Shown piece by piece: positions 23,741 through 37,178 of a stretch of 64,000 nucleotides of DNA (position 1 is the stretch's first letter; every line of letters begins with the position of its first letter). Position numbers and translations under genes: made by a program. The DNA is from Camelus dromedarius. Taxonomy: Eukaryota. Location of the stretch: assembly GCF_036321535.1 (NCBI RefSeq), contig NC_087437.1, forward strand, positions 25,422,001-25,486,000. Reading direction: 5' to 3'. The notes beneath the pieces are model-generated. The model was not told where the DNA came from. It ran no database searches and saw only the letters and a list, made by a program, of their open reading frames with translations.

Positions 23741-26689
23741 TGTGTAGATATCCCACTTCTATGATGAATAGGAGCAGTGAGAGTGGGATCCTCACCATTG
23801 GGAGGATGTAGGAGCACAAAGTGCCCTCAAGAGAAGGATGAAAATTTCCCATCAATGTTCCACAGTTGCAGAGAATTCTCATTCCTTCCTGACTCTAAAT
23901 AGACTCACGAGTAAGTAAAGAAAAACTACTAGCAACAAGAGGACAATCAAGAACACACAGAAGCAGTTCTCAGGGAAATAGAACTTTTAGAAGAGACAAA
24001 TAACGACTTTAACAAAAACAACAAAATAGGAGCAAAAATTCAAGGAGGCTTTACTACACCATAGATAAGATTTATCAAGTACTCCACCCTCCCAAAGTTA
24101 ATATATCAACTAAATTAAGAATAATCACTTGCTGAGAATCAAGTAAGTAGCATAGGAAATCAAACAGAAGAAAAATAATAAAACACAAAGCAGAAATATA
24201 AAGTAATTAAAAAGAAAATTGTGAGCCTTCCCCCAAGAAAAATATATCTGAAAATAAAATTTAGTGTAAACATTCCATGATTTGCAGATGCCCCTAAAGC
24301 ACATCTGTGAACCCTATGACATACAGAAATGCAAATTAAAAATAGAAATCTAGTTTAAAGCATGATTTTAATTGAGAAAATAAAAAAGTCTAAACATCAA
24401 AATGTATCTTACTACCTAAAAGCTTTCTCCAGACTACTGGTCTGCTCTTACTCAGACCCTCACACCTGTTTTTTTCTGGTGATGGCCAAGAATGGTGGGC
24501 ACTGTACTTACTATTGCATCAATTATAATTAAGAAGGCTTTCCCACCAGAGAGAGGATGTAGAGAAGCTTTCCTGTCTTTTCTGATAGGCTTCGGGGGAA
24601 CACTGATCCCCTGCCTTTTGGCTGCTTTCCTACAGCTGACTCTCCAGTCATCTCAACCCACATGGCAGTACCCATAGCTGCCCTGACCATTAGAAAAGTC
24701 TTGGCAAGGAAAAGTCTAAGTCACCATCCCCTCTACATCTGAGTCTCTGCATTTTCCAAAAATCTTCATCATCTGTACATCCACTTTCCATCATGGCTTT
24801 CCTACAAAAGCCGGTCAGCTTTATATGGCAGTGGCTTTTAAATGTCTCATATATCACCTAAGCAAATGTCTTTAAAGAGAAACCATACAAAGTCAAAACA
24901 TAATAGCATTTTGATAGACAAACCTTTAAAAAAGCAGCTAGTTTTTACATAAGGATAGTAGACAATTTGGGTTCACACATTTTCCATTAACTCTTAACTA
25001 TTTCAAGTGATCTTTTAAGGGTCATGACAAGTGGGGTTTTGTTTGTTTCAATTTTGTTTTGTTTTGCTGAGCCATAAATTTAATCACCAACTCAGAAAGG
25101 CTACTGTGTAGGGGTTAGATCTCTTAAATCTTCTTAATTTGTTGATTCTCAGACTTCAGGATTTCACAAACCAGTTTGTTTGTTTTTTTTAATTGGGAGG
25201 CTAGATAGGTCAAGGCCACTCTTAATTTGCCAAATAACCAACCACCTTAAAAAAAAAAGAAAAAAGATAACTGCCACCAACCATCTCTATAATTTTCAAA
25301 CTAAATGGCCATAAACTGAATTTGAAAGGGCATAATCTCTACAAAAAATAGTTATTACTTCTTATTTGTCCTCATGACAGAAAAATCTGTATTTCAGCCT
25401 CACACTGGTTACCAGAGCTATGTATGACCACTGACCTGCCATCTAAATGAGTCCCCTGACCCCAGCCTCTGTGTTGCAATATACTCTGTTCTCTGCAAGT
25501 TGCCATGACATCCGCATCATTGGGAAGTATTACACCTGCATTCTTTTGAGGGAAAGGGCCGCTGAGCAAAACAAATCTACAAATGTCGAAAAAACTTAAA
25601 AGAGATGTCGTGTACAAGAAGTACATAGAAGTAACTGTTTATGGAAATGTTTTAAGCATCATTACCAAATGTGAAGGGTCATCATGATAAGTGCCCTACC
25701 TGGCATTAACGTTTTCCATTTTAATTAATCATAGGAATCGAATAAGATGATCGTCATTAATTCTTGATATATACTTAGTTGTCATAAATATATGTGACTA
25801 GTATTTTCAATACATATAATAAAGACTTAAAGTAAAATGACAAAAAATAGGAAGAATTTCTTTAATGTCAGATCATTTGATATTCTCTAAATCTTTATTC
25901 CGTATGCCTAATACATAGGAAAGGCTGTTACCCATTCTTTTCTCTTAACATAGGCTCCTACTTAGAAGCATTTTACATGCAATGCTGTTTTGTTTTTGTT
26001 TTCTAAATATTCATCTATTTATTAAGTGTGGTCTCCTGAGTCCAAGAAATAAATTTATGCTCTTCATACCAGTATCCAAGAATGGAAACTAATTAATGTC
26101 AAATATATTATATTTAAAAGACTCCTTTTTTTTTTTTTTTGCAATTTTTAGTTACAACTTCCAGAAAGAGGCCATAGTTCAAACACTGAGTAAGAAAATA
26201 AACTGCTATTTATACTGAAAATTGTCAGACTACACCATCCAGTAAAAGATACATTCATCTTATTTATGAATTAAGGCAGAAAGAACATCCTGACGGGGCT
26301 TTGACAAATGAGGTATATCATATTAATTATACCATTTCATAAACTTTTTTGAGTGAGAAAAAGATTTTGAAAATTTAAATATCAGCAGCATGAATGACAT
26401 TATAGCATTTCAATCAACAGAACTAACATTTTACAAAGTTATCTGACACTATGTTTTCCCCAAGTTCATGCAGAAACAGAACTACAACAAACTTACAACA
26501 TAGATTATAAGCATATATTTTTAGAAAAGATGACAATATAAATGAGAAATGTTATAATTTATTTTGAAACTATAGAATGTTTTTAAACCTAGGTATATAT
26601 TCAAATAAAATGTAGAAGGTCAAATGAATCATCTGTCTTTCTGGCAGGAGGCAGCCTGTATTATTATAACCAATATGATACACAAGTTC

Positions 26690-27300
26690 AAATGAGGGTG
26701 CTTTTTGCTTTATCTTCTATCCAATCCTGTGCCATAAGTATAATCAGTTCCATTTTACAGATGGGAAAACTGTGTTACCAAACGGTTAAGTACTGTTTCA
26801 AATTCATACAGATTTTTTCTGTCTCATTTGTCCCTTCTTATTTATTTTGTTTATTTGTATTTTACCGATGAATTCTATAGAGATTTGTCATTAAAGTCAC
26901 ATCCATGTGGCACAGCTGAGATGCAAACTCTGACTTCAAATCCAGGCACTTTTTAACCATACCCCTCAGCCTCCAAGTATGGTTTCATATTTACGGAATA
27001 AACCAGAACGGACACCTCATTTTCTAAGTTTAACTACCAACAAAGTCAACAAATTTTAACTCCATCAAATGTAGGTTAAAATGAAAAATGGCATTAGTGG
27101 GAAAATTCAGAGTACTTAAAAGTCAGAAAATTTGTGTTCCAATCCTTTGCCCAATACCTATTAGGCAAAAAATTTAAGAAAAACCACTTGCCTTTCTCTT
27201 TTGTAAAGTGGAATTAATAATAATATACCTAATGTTTCTACCTCACAGCATTATTTGGAGAAACAAAAGATATATAGTATATTTCTGTGTAAATTCCAAA
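26690..27300. mobile_element. MIR fragments
   Basis: ccattttacagatgggaaaactg (minus) and tgtaaagtggaattaataataatatacctaatg (plus). Confidence 0.6.
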
Positions 27301-28919
27301 AAAATTATAATGCACCAAATTAATCTGCCTAATTTATTCAGAGAATCTCTCTCTCTTTCTGAAATAAAAATAATCGAAATTTTTGTAGCAGAAATCTCAA
27401 AAGAACCAGTTCAAAAAAGCTCTATAATCTGAAATGTTAGTTATATTAAAGGATTTATTTTATATTAAAGTGAATAATTTAAATCTATTTGGTATGTGTT
27501 CATCACAGAATACAACTAAAGGGAAGTATTCATATAAAATATATACAGAGTATTTGAAGTTTCAACAACTATTTTCTGAGCCTCCATTATGTGCTATGCA
27601 CTTGCTTTATAATGGCACTAGATTACACAGGCAACATTTTGATTTTGAAAAATAAATAAATTTCAGCCGCTAACACTGATAAGATAGTAATCTAGTGGAT
27701 AAACCAAAGAAATGGCTAACTCTAATACAAGATGAATAGTGCTAAAATCAATACATGAAAAGATCATGACTTGACCCAATTCTGAATCTACTTTCATTTC
27801 ATATTCTTATATAATTCTTTCTGATCCTTCAGAGACCATTATCTCTGTAATTGTTAGTTATTGATTCCTAAATAAACCCAGTGTATGCAAATTAATTAAA
27901 AATTCTTCGCAATAAACATCTCTAAACAGAGGCTAATATTATTTGGTATGATAAGCAACTGACAAGAAAAGCATATTTCCTAGCAGCAAGGTGATTTAGA
28001 ATGGTTGGGGTCATCACACTACTGCTCTATTTCCTTCTGCCTTTTCCACATCATAAATCCTGTAGGCCACACCTATAATATGTCAGAGTCAACAGCTCTC
28101 TGAAGCATTTATGTATCCACAGCTGCAAAATGATCTGAAAACTAGATGAACATTTTCAACAGAACTAGATGCTCCCTGTAGTTAATGAGTAAATAAATAA
28201 ATAAATAAAACGTCAGACAGTAACCACTACCTTAAGGACACATAACAAAAGCTAGGACATTCTGCAATGCAAACATCTATTCAAACCTGGGACATTTCCA
28301 GAGCAGATCTGCAGTAGTCTTCCATCATATACAAAGGTCAGAAAAACAAAGACTTAAAATTGGAATGCTTTTATTCAATTTAGGTGCCATTTGACCACAG
28401 AGCACTTGACCACAAATGCTCTGTCTGAATGAGAAAATTGAAGAAATAAATCAGGACTTTCTCTTAATGGTTGTTTTCACTGGCCAGCATTTGGCAATAT
28501 GACTCAAGGCTCAGATTGAATTTCACGTTGGAGAAACTTCGTTTATCATGATTCCAAAGGCAGGTACCACTGCCATTTGGTTTCAGTACAAAAAAGAAAT
28601 CACTGTTTCAATGGGATTTGTTTTATTTTGGTGTGTGGAGGGAGGAAATGACAATAGTGTACCCATCTACAGAAGGTGCTTCTATCAAGATCTTTCAATT
28701 AGCAGTAAAATATTTGGTAAACTATTTGGCCAGATATAGCTGGTAGTAAAAATGAGGTGTTTCAAAATACACTAATTAGTTTAGTACCAATATTTGTTAT
28801 TCATCATGCTGGTCACTAAAAACCAAATCCATCATGCTGATAAAGGAAAAAAAATTCAGTTAAAACACTGGAGTGAAAAATTCATTGCTTTTATTCTGCT
28901 TTGAAAGTTTATATTTTGA

Positions 28920-29860
28920 AAGTACTCATTCATCAATATATATTGAGTGCCTACTCCATGCAATGCATTGTGTTAACTGTAAGAAATATTAAATTGAATA
29001 AGGCAAAATGGCAGCCCTCATAGTCTGGACCATACAGAATATTGAGAAGACAGACACAAACAGTTAACCCATAAAATGATCAACAGCATGGGTGGGGTGC
29101 CTAATGGAAATGAAATGGATAAAGTATTAAACAGACCATTTTTTTCTGTAGCCTTGTTCCTTTCTGTGGCTCAGATTAGGGATCTCCAGGTTGGTGGTTA
29201 TCTCTCATAAGTAATAATAGATTCTTGTGAGGAGTAGGGACTGAATTCTTGCATTTGGGACCCAGAATCTCCATTTACTGTGTGATTTGAGGCAATAACT
29301 TCAACTTTCAGGACTCAGTTTACATCTTAAAATTAGAAAAGAATACTACTTATCTCTCCTGGGCACTTGTGAATATAAAATGAGACAACGTATAAGAAAA
29401 TGCATTGCAAGAAAGCAGAGCAGGCTGCCAACTGATACACAAATGCTATTTGTTGTTGTTGTTCTTATTAATGAATCCTCTGAGGCAAATAAATCCTTTA
29501 TTAAAAAAGAAACCCATCTTAAAGGGGAAAAGCCACAAATCAAGTAAAACAGAACTTCCTGCCTGCCTTCCCATGAGAAAACTGTATCTGAACACAGTTT
29601 CGATTTGTCCCTAACGATGTAAAAGCAAATAGAACTAACCTGATTCAAAATTGTGAAACTGGAGAAGCCTCTGTCCCAGGCCTTGGCTTCTTGACATAGG
29701 GCAAGTTTTTTAATCTCTCTGAATCTCAATCTCTATACCCAGAAAATGGGACTAAAAATACTGTACAGAGAACTACAGAGTTGTAGAGACACTAAATGAA
29801 ACAGTGTGTAAAAGCAAGAGGCCCTGTGCCAGGCTCACAGTAGGTCCTCTATAAACGTTA
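28920..29860. mobile_element. L2 3' end (-) followed by two MIRs (+)
   Basis: tcattcatcaatatatattgagtgcctact; tactgtgtgatttgaggcaat; gggcaagtttttaatctctctgaatctcaatctc...cagtaggtcctctataaacg. Confidence 0.7.
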
Positions 29861-30399
29861 ATCAGTTCTATGACCAAAACAATGAGTTTTAAAATGACCA
29901 TTAACTCTAAATTAACCTATTACCCTTTGCTATTAATGAGTTTTGTGCATCAACTCAATCAGCATTTGCATTTTGACACTTTTATTTCTAATTACGTATA
30001 ATTTGCTCCCTGATACAGAAATTTCAGACCTCAGCAAGCAGATCAGGAGATACTTTGCCAACACAGAAAGTCTACTACAAAGCTGCTCTGAAGTCATACT
30101 TCTTTACTTCTTTTAATGCAATTTCCACGAGGCCAACTGGTGATACAGGTACTCAGAAGGGGCCCATGTGCTTGCTGGAGGTTCATTTGTAGAATGCAGT
30201 CATAGTATAAAAGGGACTCTATCACCACTGATTTCTTCTAGGACTTGGAATCATGTTTCCTTCCAAAGCTCTTTTTTTTCCCCTGAAACAGGCCCCATCT
30301 CCTAATAGCCCAAACCCCACTTTCCTTTCTTAGTTCAAGACCCTCAGGTTTCCATTTCTGCATTTTAGTATATTTTACTTGTTTTTCATCCTATAACCC

Positions 30400-30830
30400 T
30401 GAGTTGCTTAGGGTTCGCCTGAACATAACAGAAACCACTCTAATAAAGTTAAGCAAAAAGGAATTTGCAACCAGGTATATTATAGGTGGGGGAGTGGGCT
30501 CTAGGGTAAACTTCCAGGTCACTCCCAGCACTCAGAATCACACTGCATTGTCTGTGAGTGGGAACAAGGCCCCGGAGCAGCAGAGAGCCACAACTGCAGA
30601 AGCCAGCTGCCTCTACCATGACCATGCCATGAAGTGGATGACTTGTCCCTTGTCTTCCTCCCCTCATAACTCAGACCTGAATCCAAGTCTTGCCACAATG
30701 CACATAATTGGCAGAAAGCAAATAACTTTAGGAATCTACCCGAAGGGAATCTTGGAAATACAATTTTTTTGTTTTCCAGCCTCTGCAAAATGGGAAGAAC
30801 ACTGGACAGGGCCTCAAATACACTGTTACA
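30400..30830 (-). mobile_element. Old ERVL/MaLR-type LTR (MLT1J-L or LTR33-like)
   Basis: aacagaaaccactctaataaagttaagcaaaaaggaattt and gggaatcttggaaatacaatttttt are typical of old MLT1/LTR33 in antisense. Confidence 0.6.
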
Positions 30831-31591
30831 CCATTCCAAATGGCTGCAGCAAACATTATAGAGTATTTATGCATTCTATATTTTCCTACCATTTTGAGGA
30901 GAGGAAGGACAAAAAAAAAAAAAAAAAAGACAGTTTGTCACTAGAATACATCTTGTCTGTTAATAAAATAGCATAATTAACAACCATGAGCTTGAAGTCA
31001 AAGACCTAGAGTCTGGAACTTGCTTGGCCACTAATTAGTTTTTGGTCTTTGGAAATCCACTCACTTCACAGAACTTTGGTTTCCCGCATGTGTGAAATAA
31101 GGAGATTAGACTCAGTAATTGCTAAGGAAGTGTTATTTTTTATAATGTGCTAATGTCTATATTATTTTTGCTGGCATAAATAACTTTTTATATTTGGTCA
31201 AAAGTGATACACAGGCTCTTAGTATTTTTATGAAAACAATGCTGCTCCAATTAACTCTAACTGGTCTGTCTACAGACGCAGATAAGAACAAGCAGAGTGT
31301 TTTCCCACGCTCAAGAGGTTTATAGACTCAATAGCTTGACTAAAGGACCCTTTGAAAAGGTTTTTATATTTTTTTTCCTCCCAATCCTACAAGATAAAAG
31401 GAAAACAATCAGTCCTTTTCGCTTTTCTAACTGCCTTCCAACCTCCCACAGCAGACACTGAGATGCTAAGGGGAATCACTTTACTGAATGGCATCTTGTC
31501 TTGGGGGCCAGGTCAGCGGGCAGGCCTCCTCAGCCGGTCCTGTTCTTGCTGTGAAACCACACGGCAAGAGGCTCTGGCCTCTGCAAGACAG

Positions 31592-31605
31592 GTTTCCATG
31601 GCAAC
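31592..31605. promoter_or_regulatory. Canonical RFX X-box GTTTCCATGGCAAC
   Basis: Exact match to GTTNCCATGGNAAC, next to a locally GC/CpG-enriched non-repeat patch (about 31500-31590). Confidence 0.55.
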
Positions 31606-31667
31606 TCTAATTTTTCACCCTTTCATATAATCACCCTTATGAATTCTTAAAGTACTATAATAACATC

Positions 31668-32035
31668 TGTTTTAGTCAGCTTGGACTACTGTAAAAAAAA
31701 AAAACTGTCGACTGGATAGCTTAAACAACAAACTTCCTTTTCACAGTTCTGAAAACTGGAAAATCCAAGATCAAGGTGTCAAGAGATTTAGTGCCTGGTG
31801 AGAACACTCTTCCAGGTTTGCAGATAGCCATCTTCTCATTATACCATCACAGGGCAGAGAGCAGAGATCACCTCTTTCATTCCTTTTCTTACAAGGGCAC
31901 TAGTGCCTTTCATGAGGACCCCATCCTCATGACCTAAACACCTTCCAAAGATCCCATCATCTAATACCTTCACATTGGGGGTTAGGGTTTCAACATGTGA
32001 ATCTGGGGAGGGGCACAAATATTTCGTCTTTAACA
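31668..32035 (-). mobile_element. MLT1A/MLT1A0-like MaLR solo LTR
   Basis: TG...CA ends. Contains tcacagttctgaaaactggaaaatccaagatcaagg and cacattgggggttagggtttcaacatgtgaat. 5-bp flanks acatc/acacc match at 4/5. Confidence 0.92.
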
Positions 32036-32664
32036 ACACCCATTCTGCTCTTTCTATTAATACTACGCCAATATAATTTAAATAGGTTACACCAAAATAA
32101 ACAAATTGATTTATCCCTTAGGTGGTTTTTAAAAATCAATATACCAAAACTCCCTTGATGCTGACACCACTTAAAGTATAAAACTCTGATCATTTGAAAG
32201 AAAATTGGATTATAGATATCAAAATGCCATTTCTCAGTACATTCATTTAGATTATCTATCCCTTTACATTCTCTCCCACTATCATTGCAAGCAAGAGCTC
32301 CTGAATAAGTCTTTTAAGACAATGAAAACACAGTTGAAAATGAGCAGCTTTCCTTGGCAACAAATTTTTAGTGCTTATGAGATCTGAAAAGTCACAAAGA
32401 TCTTGCAGTTGTAACTTTACAAGAGTAAGAATACACCAGTTAAATGATCCCAGTTACAACATATTTAGAAGAAACTTAACACTCCTAGTACACACTCTTC
32501 CACTATTGTGAAAAGTGTTAACTTAAATTCTTAGAATAGTACTAGTCATGACATCTTCAGGCTTTTAAAAATCAAGAAACTAATTTTAACTAGCTCTATG
32601 CCATTCTAGATACCAAAGTCAGTGAAGTTATCTCCAGTTTACAAATTAAAGCTTTGCCAAATAC

Positions 32665-34805
32665 ATACTTTTTATTTTGAGAGCTAATTGTAGCTTCAAA
32701 TGTAGTTGAAAGAAATAACACAGAGAGATTCCAAGTACCCTTTACCCAGTTTTCCCCAAACTTTAGTAACATCTTCAAAGCTGTAGCACGATATCATAGC
32801 AAGGACACTGACACTGATACAGTCAAGATACAGAACCATCCCATCACCACAGGCGTCTTCCTTTTACTCTTTTAAGAGTAACTCTTTTAAGCAGTGACTT
32901 TCCTCTTCCACCCTGCCTGCTGTCCTTAACAATGGGCAACCAATCATCTGTTCTCCACTTCTGTACTTTCGACATGTAAAGGATGCTATCCAAATGTAAT
33001 CATAGAGTATATAACTTTTGGTATTTGGATGTTTATCCAACTTGTTGGCTCTTCCTGATATTCCATGGTATGGATATAGGTACGGATGCACCACAGTATG
33101 TTTAGCCATTCACTTGCTGAAGGACATCTGGACTGATTCCAGCTTGGAGCTATTATGAATAAAGTTGCTCTAAACATCTGTGTACAGGCTTCTGTGTGAA
33201 CATGTCTCCATTTCTCTGGGATAAATGTCAAGGAGCACCACTGCTTGGTCAGAAGGTAGTTGTATGCATAGTTTTTAAGAGACTGTTGTACTGTCTACGA
33301 GAGTGTCCATGTCATTTTGCATTCCACCAACACTTTCTCCACATCCTCCCCGGCATTTGGTGTCATCACTATTTTTCATTTTAGCCATCCTGATAACTAT
33401 ATAGTGATATCTCATCATGGCTCAAATTTGCATTTTCCTAATGGCTAATGATATTGAATAGCTTTTCATGTGCTTATTTGCCATCTATATATCCTCTTCA
33501 GGGAAGAGTCTCTTCACATCTCTTATCCATTTTCTAATTGAATTGTTTGTCTGTTTGTTGTTGGACTTTGAGAGTTCTTCATATATTTTGGACAAAGTCC
33601 TTTGTCAGATACGTCATTTGCAAATATTTTCTCCAAGTATATACCTTGTCTACATCCTCTTGACAGGGTCTTTCTTAGAGCAAAAGTTTTTAATTTTGAT
33701 AAGATTGAGTTTACCAATTTTTCCTTTTATGGATTGTGTTTTGATGTCAAGTCTAAGTTAGAACTGTTGGCCTAGCCTCAAAACTCAAAGATTACCCCAT
33801 ACTTTTTTCTAAAAATTTTATAATTTTACTTATGAGTTAATGATCCATTTTAATTTATGTATAGGGTGTAAAGTTCAGAGTGAGGTTCGATTGTTTGCCT
33901 ATGGATGTCCTATTGCTCCAGAACCATTTGTCGAAAAAGCTGTCCTTTCTTCATTGAATTGCATTCGCACCTCTGTCAAATGTCACTTGGCATATTTGTG
34001 TTGGTCTATGTCTAGGTACTCTATTCTGTTTCAATGTTCTATCACTTTGCCAGTCATAATTACTGAACCTATGTAGGAAGACTCCTCCCACTTTTTTCTT
34101 CTGTTCCAAATGTCTTAGCTATTATAAGCCCTTTTCAAGTCCATACAATTTTAGAGTAAGTTTGTATATGCTTATTAAAAAAACTTGCTGGTGTTTTGAT
34201 GGGAATTGTGTTATATCTGTATATCAATTTGAGGAGAACTGGCATCTTTACTATGGTATCCTCTAGTCCATAAACATTTATTTAGATTATTTTTATTTCT
34301 TTAATTATATTATAGTTTAAAGCTTACAAATTCTATATTATATGTTGTTAGATTTACACTTAAGTGTTTCATTTTTTGAGTGCTTGTAAATCATATTGTA
34401 TTTTAATTTCTATGTCTACATTTTTATTGGTAGCATGTAGAAATTTTTTAAACATTTAATAGTGATCTTGTAGCCTATGATCTTGCTGTTTTGGCAAGAT
34501 CGTAATTAGTTATGGCAGTTTTTTGGGGGAGGGTACTTGTTTTTGTTTTGTTTCATAGATTCCATGGGACTTTTTATGTAGACAATTATGTCATCAGCAA
34601 ATAGGGACAGTTCTCTTTCTTGCTTCCTAATCTGTATGCCCCCCTTTTTTTTTTTTAACTTTTTCTTTCCCTGTTGCACTGGTTAACATTCCCAGTACCG
34701 TGCTGAATAAGAGAGGTGAGAGTAGATATCTTTACTTTGTTTCTGATCTGAGGGGAAAAGTATTCACTCTTTAACCATTAAGTATAATGTTATCTGTGAT
34801 ATTTT
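32665..34805 (-). mobile_element. L1 (L1MC1-like) 3'UTR and degraded ORF2 end
   Basis: 3' end aagaaataacacagagagattccaagtaccctttacccagtttcccc. ORF 32986-33231 HVHTEACTQMFRATLFIIAPSWNQSRCPS is L1-like. Confidence 0.9.
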
Positions 34806-34829
34806 GTGGATCTACTTACTTGAACAAAA

Positions 34830-35172
34830 GGCATTGTCTTTTTCAATCTCATATGAGACACTGCAATAGATTGAAATTAGGAGCAGATAGGAAATAGAAG
34901 TGGGTAGCTTCTATTAGCTAGACGTTAAGGAGATTAGCAAAACTGTTAAAAAAAAAAAAGGCTACCCTTTCACTTTATGTTTTGGAACTGTAGTAAATGT
35001 CTATAAAAATATGCTATGTTATTTTAATGAATTAATAAATAAATATTATAAAATTATATCCATTTTAATTTTTGATATGGTAAATATCTATAAATATTGC
35101 ACATCTTTAGGGTCCTCAATAAATTTTAAAAATGTGAAGTGGTCCTGAGATGAAAAAGTTTGAGAATCATTG
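34830..35172 (-). mobile_element. hAT-Charlie DNA transposon fragment (Charlie2-like)
   Basis: End reads gggtcctcaataaattttaaaaatgtgaagtggtcctgagatgaaaaagtttgagaatcattg, the reverse of a CAGTGGTTCTCAAACTTTT-type TIR. Confidence 0.75.
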
Positions 35173-37178
35173 CTATCAGCTGACAAAAATCTTTAAATTT
35201 TACTATAGTTGGTGTTTATGATATTTGCCCTGCAAGTAGGAATGTTACTGGAGACGTAATTTCTATAATGTGTGTATGAGTCACATTTACAGGGATTCTT
35301 TTTTGTGATTCTTATTAACTTGTCCTTGAAAGTCTGTATTATTCTTCTCTTTCAGCTAATAAAGAGCAACACAACCAAACCCAAAAATTCACTTTTGGAA
35401 ACTTTACATAGATATACACATAAGGAAAGTTTGTTTTGTGCAATGGCTAGACAGTGGTAAAGTAAACAGAAATCTTTGTTTCCATGGACCGTGTCTTCTC
35501 ATTGCAAGCAAATAACAATGTACCAGGTACACTGGAGGGCAAGCAGGCATGGAAATCTGAGCCAGCTGTGGCCTCCCTTGCTCTGGAGCTAAGATGTTCT
35601 GCCTCTTCTGGAATTATAGCCAGGAATAAATGATATATCCACTGATTGGGTACAAATATTAATGAGAACATGCAGTTCATCACTGGATGATAGTGCTTTC
35701 CTTCACTTTTATTCAACCCTTCTTCCTTTGCTTTGCCTTGCATGGAACTCTTAGCAAGCTTAGGACATTACTGTCAAGGTTTCCTCTTATAAGTAGTAAA
35801 ATCTGTGTTTTAACATGCCCTGGGGCATGTTACTGACCTCTACTCTTAGGGGAGTTTTAAAAAAAAGACATTCATTTATGTCAGGAAGTTATCCATCAAC
35901 CTTTCTTTATCCTCTGACTGTTTTAATGATGATAGAACAAACAGCCCCACATTTTTTATAAATAAAAATAGAAATCTTATAAAGAATGTGTTTCCGGCTG
36001 ACTGTGAGAAACAGGGTCCTAGGTGGCATGGTGGCCTTAGTTTGTTTGCATTTAGCCTAGTCTTGAGATAAGGAGAGCTACTGGAAATCACTCCTGTCAC
36101 AGCCAACCAAGGCCAATGTCACAGCACATGGAACCCATGAGAATCAGCAATGTGGCAAGCCAGACTGTGCAGAAGGCCTCCTAGTTTAACAAGCAACTGC
36201 CTTAAACTATCCCATCAAGTTTTTATTTTTTTTAATTTCTGTGCATCCATTAATATAATCATCTTTTTCTTTTTCATTTCTGGAACAGCTTCAGGAAAGG
36301 CACATGTTGTTTCTTTCAATGATGATTTAGTCTGATGGATGGGTCTTCTTTTATAACACTTCTCTACTCTGCAGACATCACCAGTAGGCACTTGGATGTG
36401 CTTAGTTGTATGAGTGAGAAAATTTATAGTGATAATAATTGGGCATAATTCATGCAATAAGGAAGGTGTTGTTAAAAACTGCTCTTGATTGGTCATTTTC
36501 CTTACATTCTACAAGTAAAGCAGCTTTCCTCTCAGCTTTTATGCATTCCCTTTCTTTCCCAGAAACATAGCATCAACAGTGACTTCTTGCCTAAGTTTTC
36601 TTATTTATTCATTTATTAATTACATGTAAATCAGATATTTGTCTGAATACACTTAGATGTGAAATACATTAAGTGGCTATGACCGCATGTAAATAAAGCT
36701 TGTTTTTTTTCTGTTGATAAAGTTTCACTTCAATGACTACTATTTCAAAAATGATCTGAAGCGATGTCCACATTCCAGTAGTCTGTCATTCCTGTGACAC
36801 ATTTGTTGAGCCCTACTCTGTGTCAGCCACTAAGCATGATTCTGGATTTAAGTCCTCAGTGCTGATAGAACATAGTTATGCAATTAATTCTCTATTTTCA
36901 TATTACGTTCAAAGGATCCCTGGAATGTGTTCTACGGTGGCCCCTGTGGTGTGAGGACAGAGCCCTATCACTGCAGCTGTTCTCACTCTTAAATTCTGGA
37001 CCTTCATGTAAAATTTCATTCAAAGAAAGAGTTGTAAAGCTGACAGAATCCTTTTCTCTGCCATAAACAAACTAGTAAGATAAAGGTATTTTCTTAAAAT
37101 CAACCTATGTTTATTTAACACCAGATAATGTGCTAGATGATAAATTGGTAACCCAGAGAATTCACTTTGAACTAAATT

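Noticed and set aside
23101..23817. Reverse-transcriptase-like ORFs as a functional or domesticated gene
   Set aside because: Truncated L1 ORF2 with an in-frame stop and a mutated catalytic motif (YADG).
30404..30976. Longest ORF in the track (190 aa)
   Set aside because: Non-ATG start, lies over an old LTR and a poly(A) run, and resembles no protein I recognise.
36318..36336. C/D snoRNA-like ATGATGA...CTGA
   Set aside because: The boxes are only a few nt apart, with no room for guide sequences.
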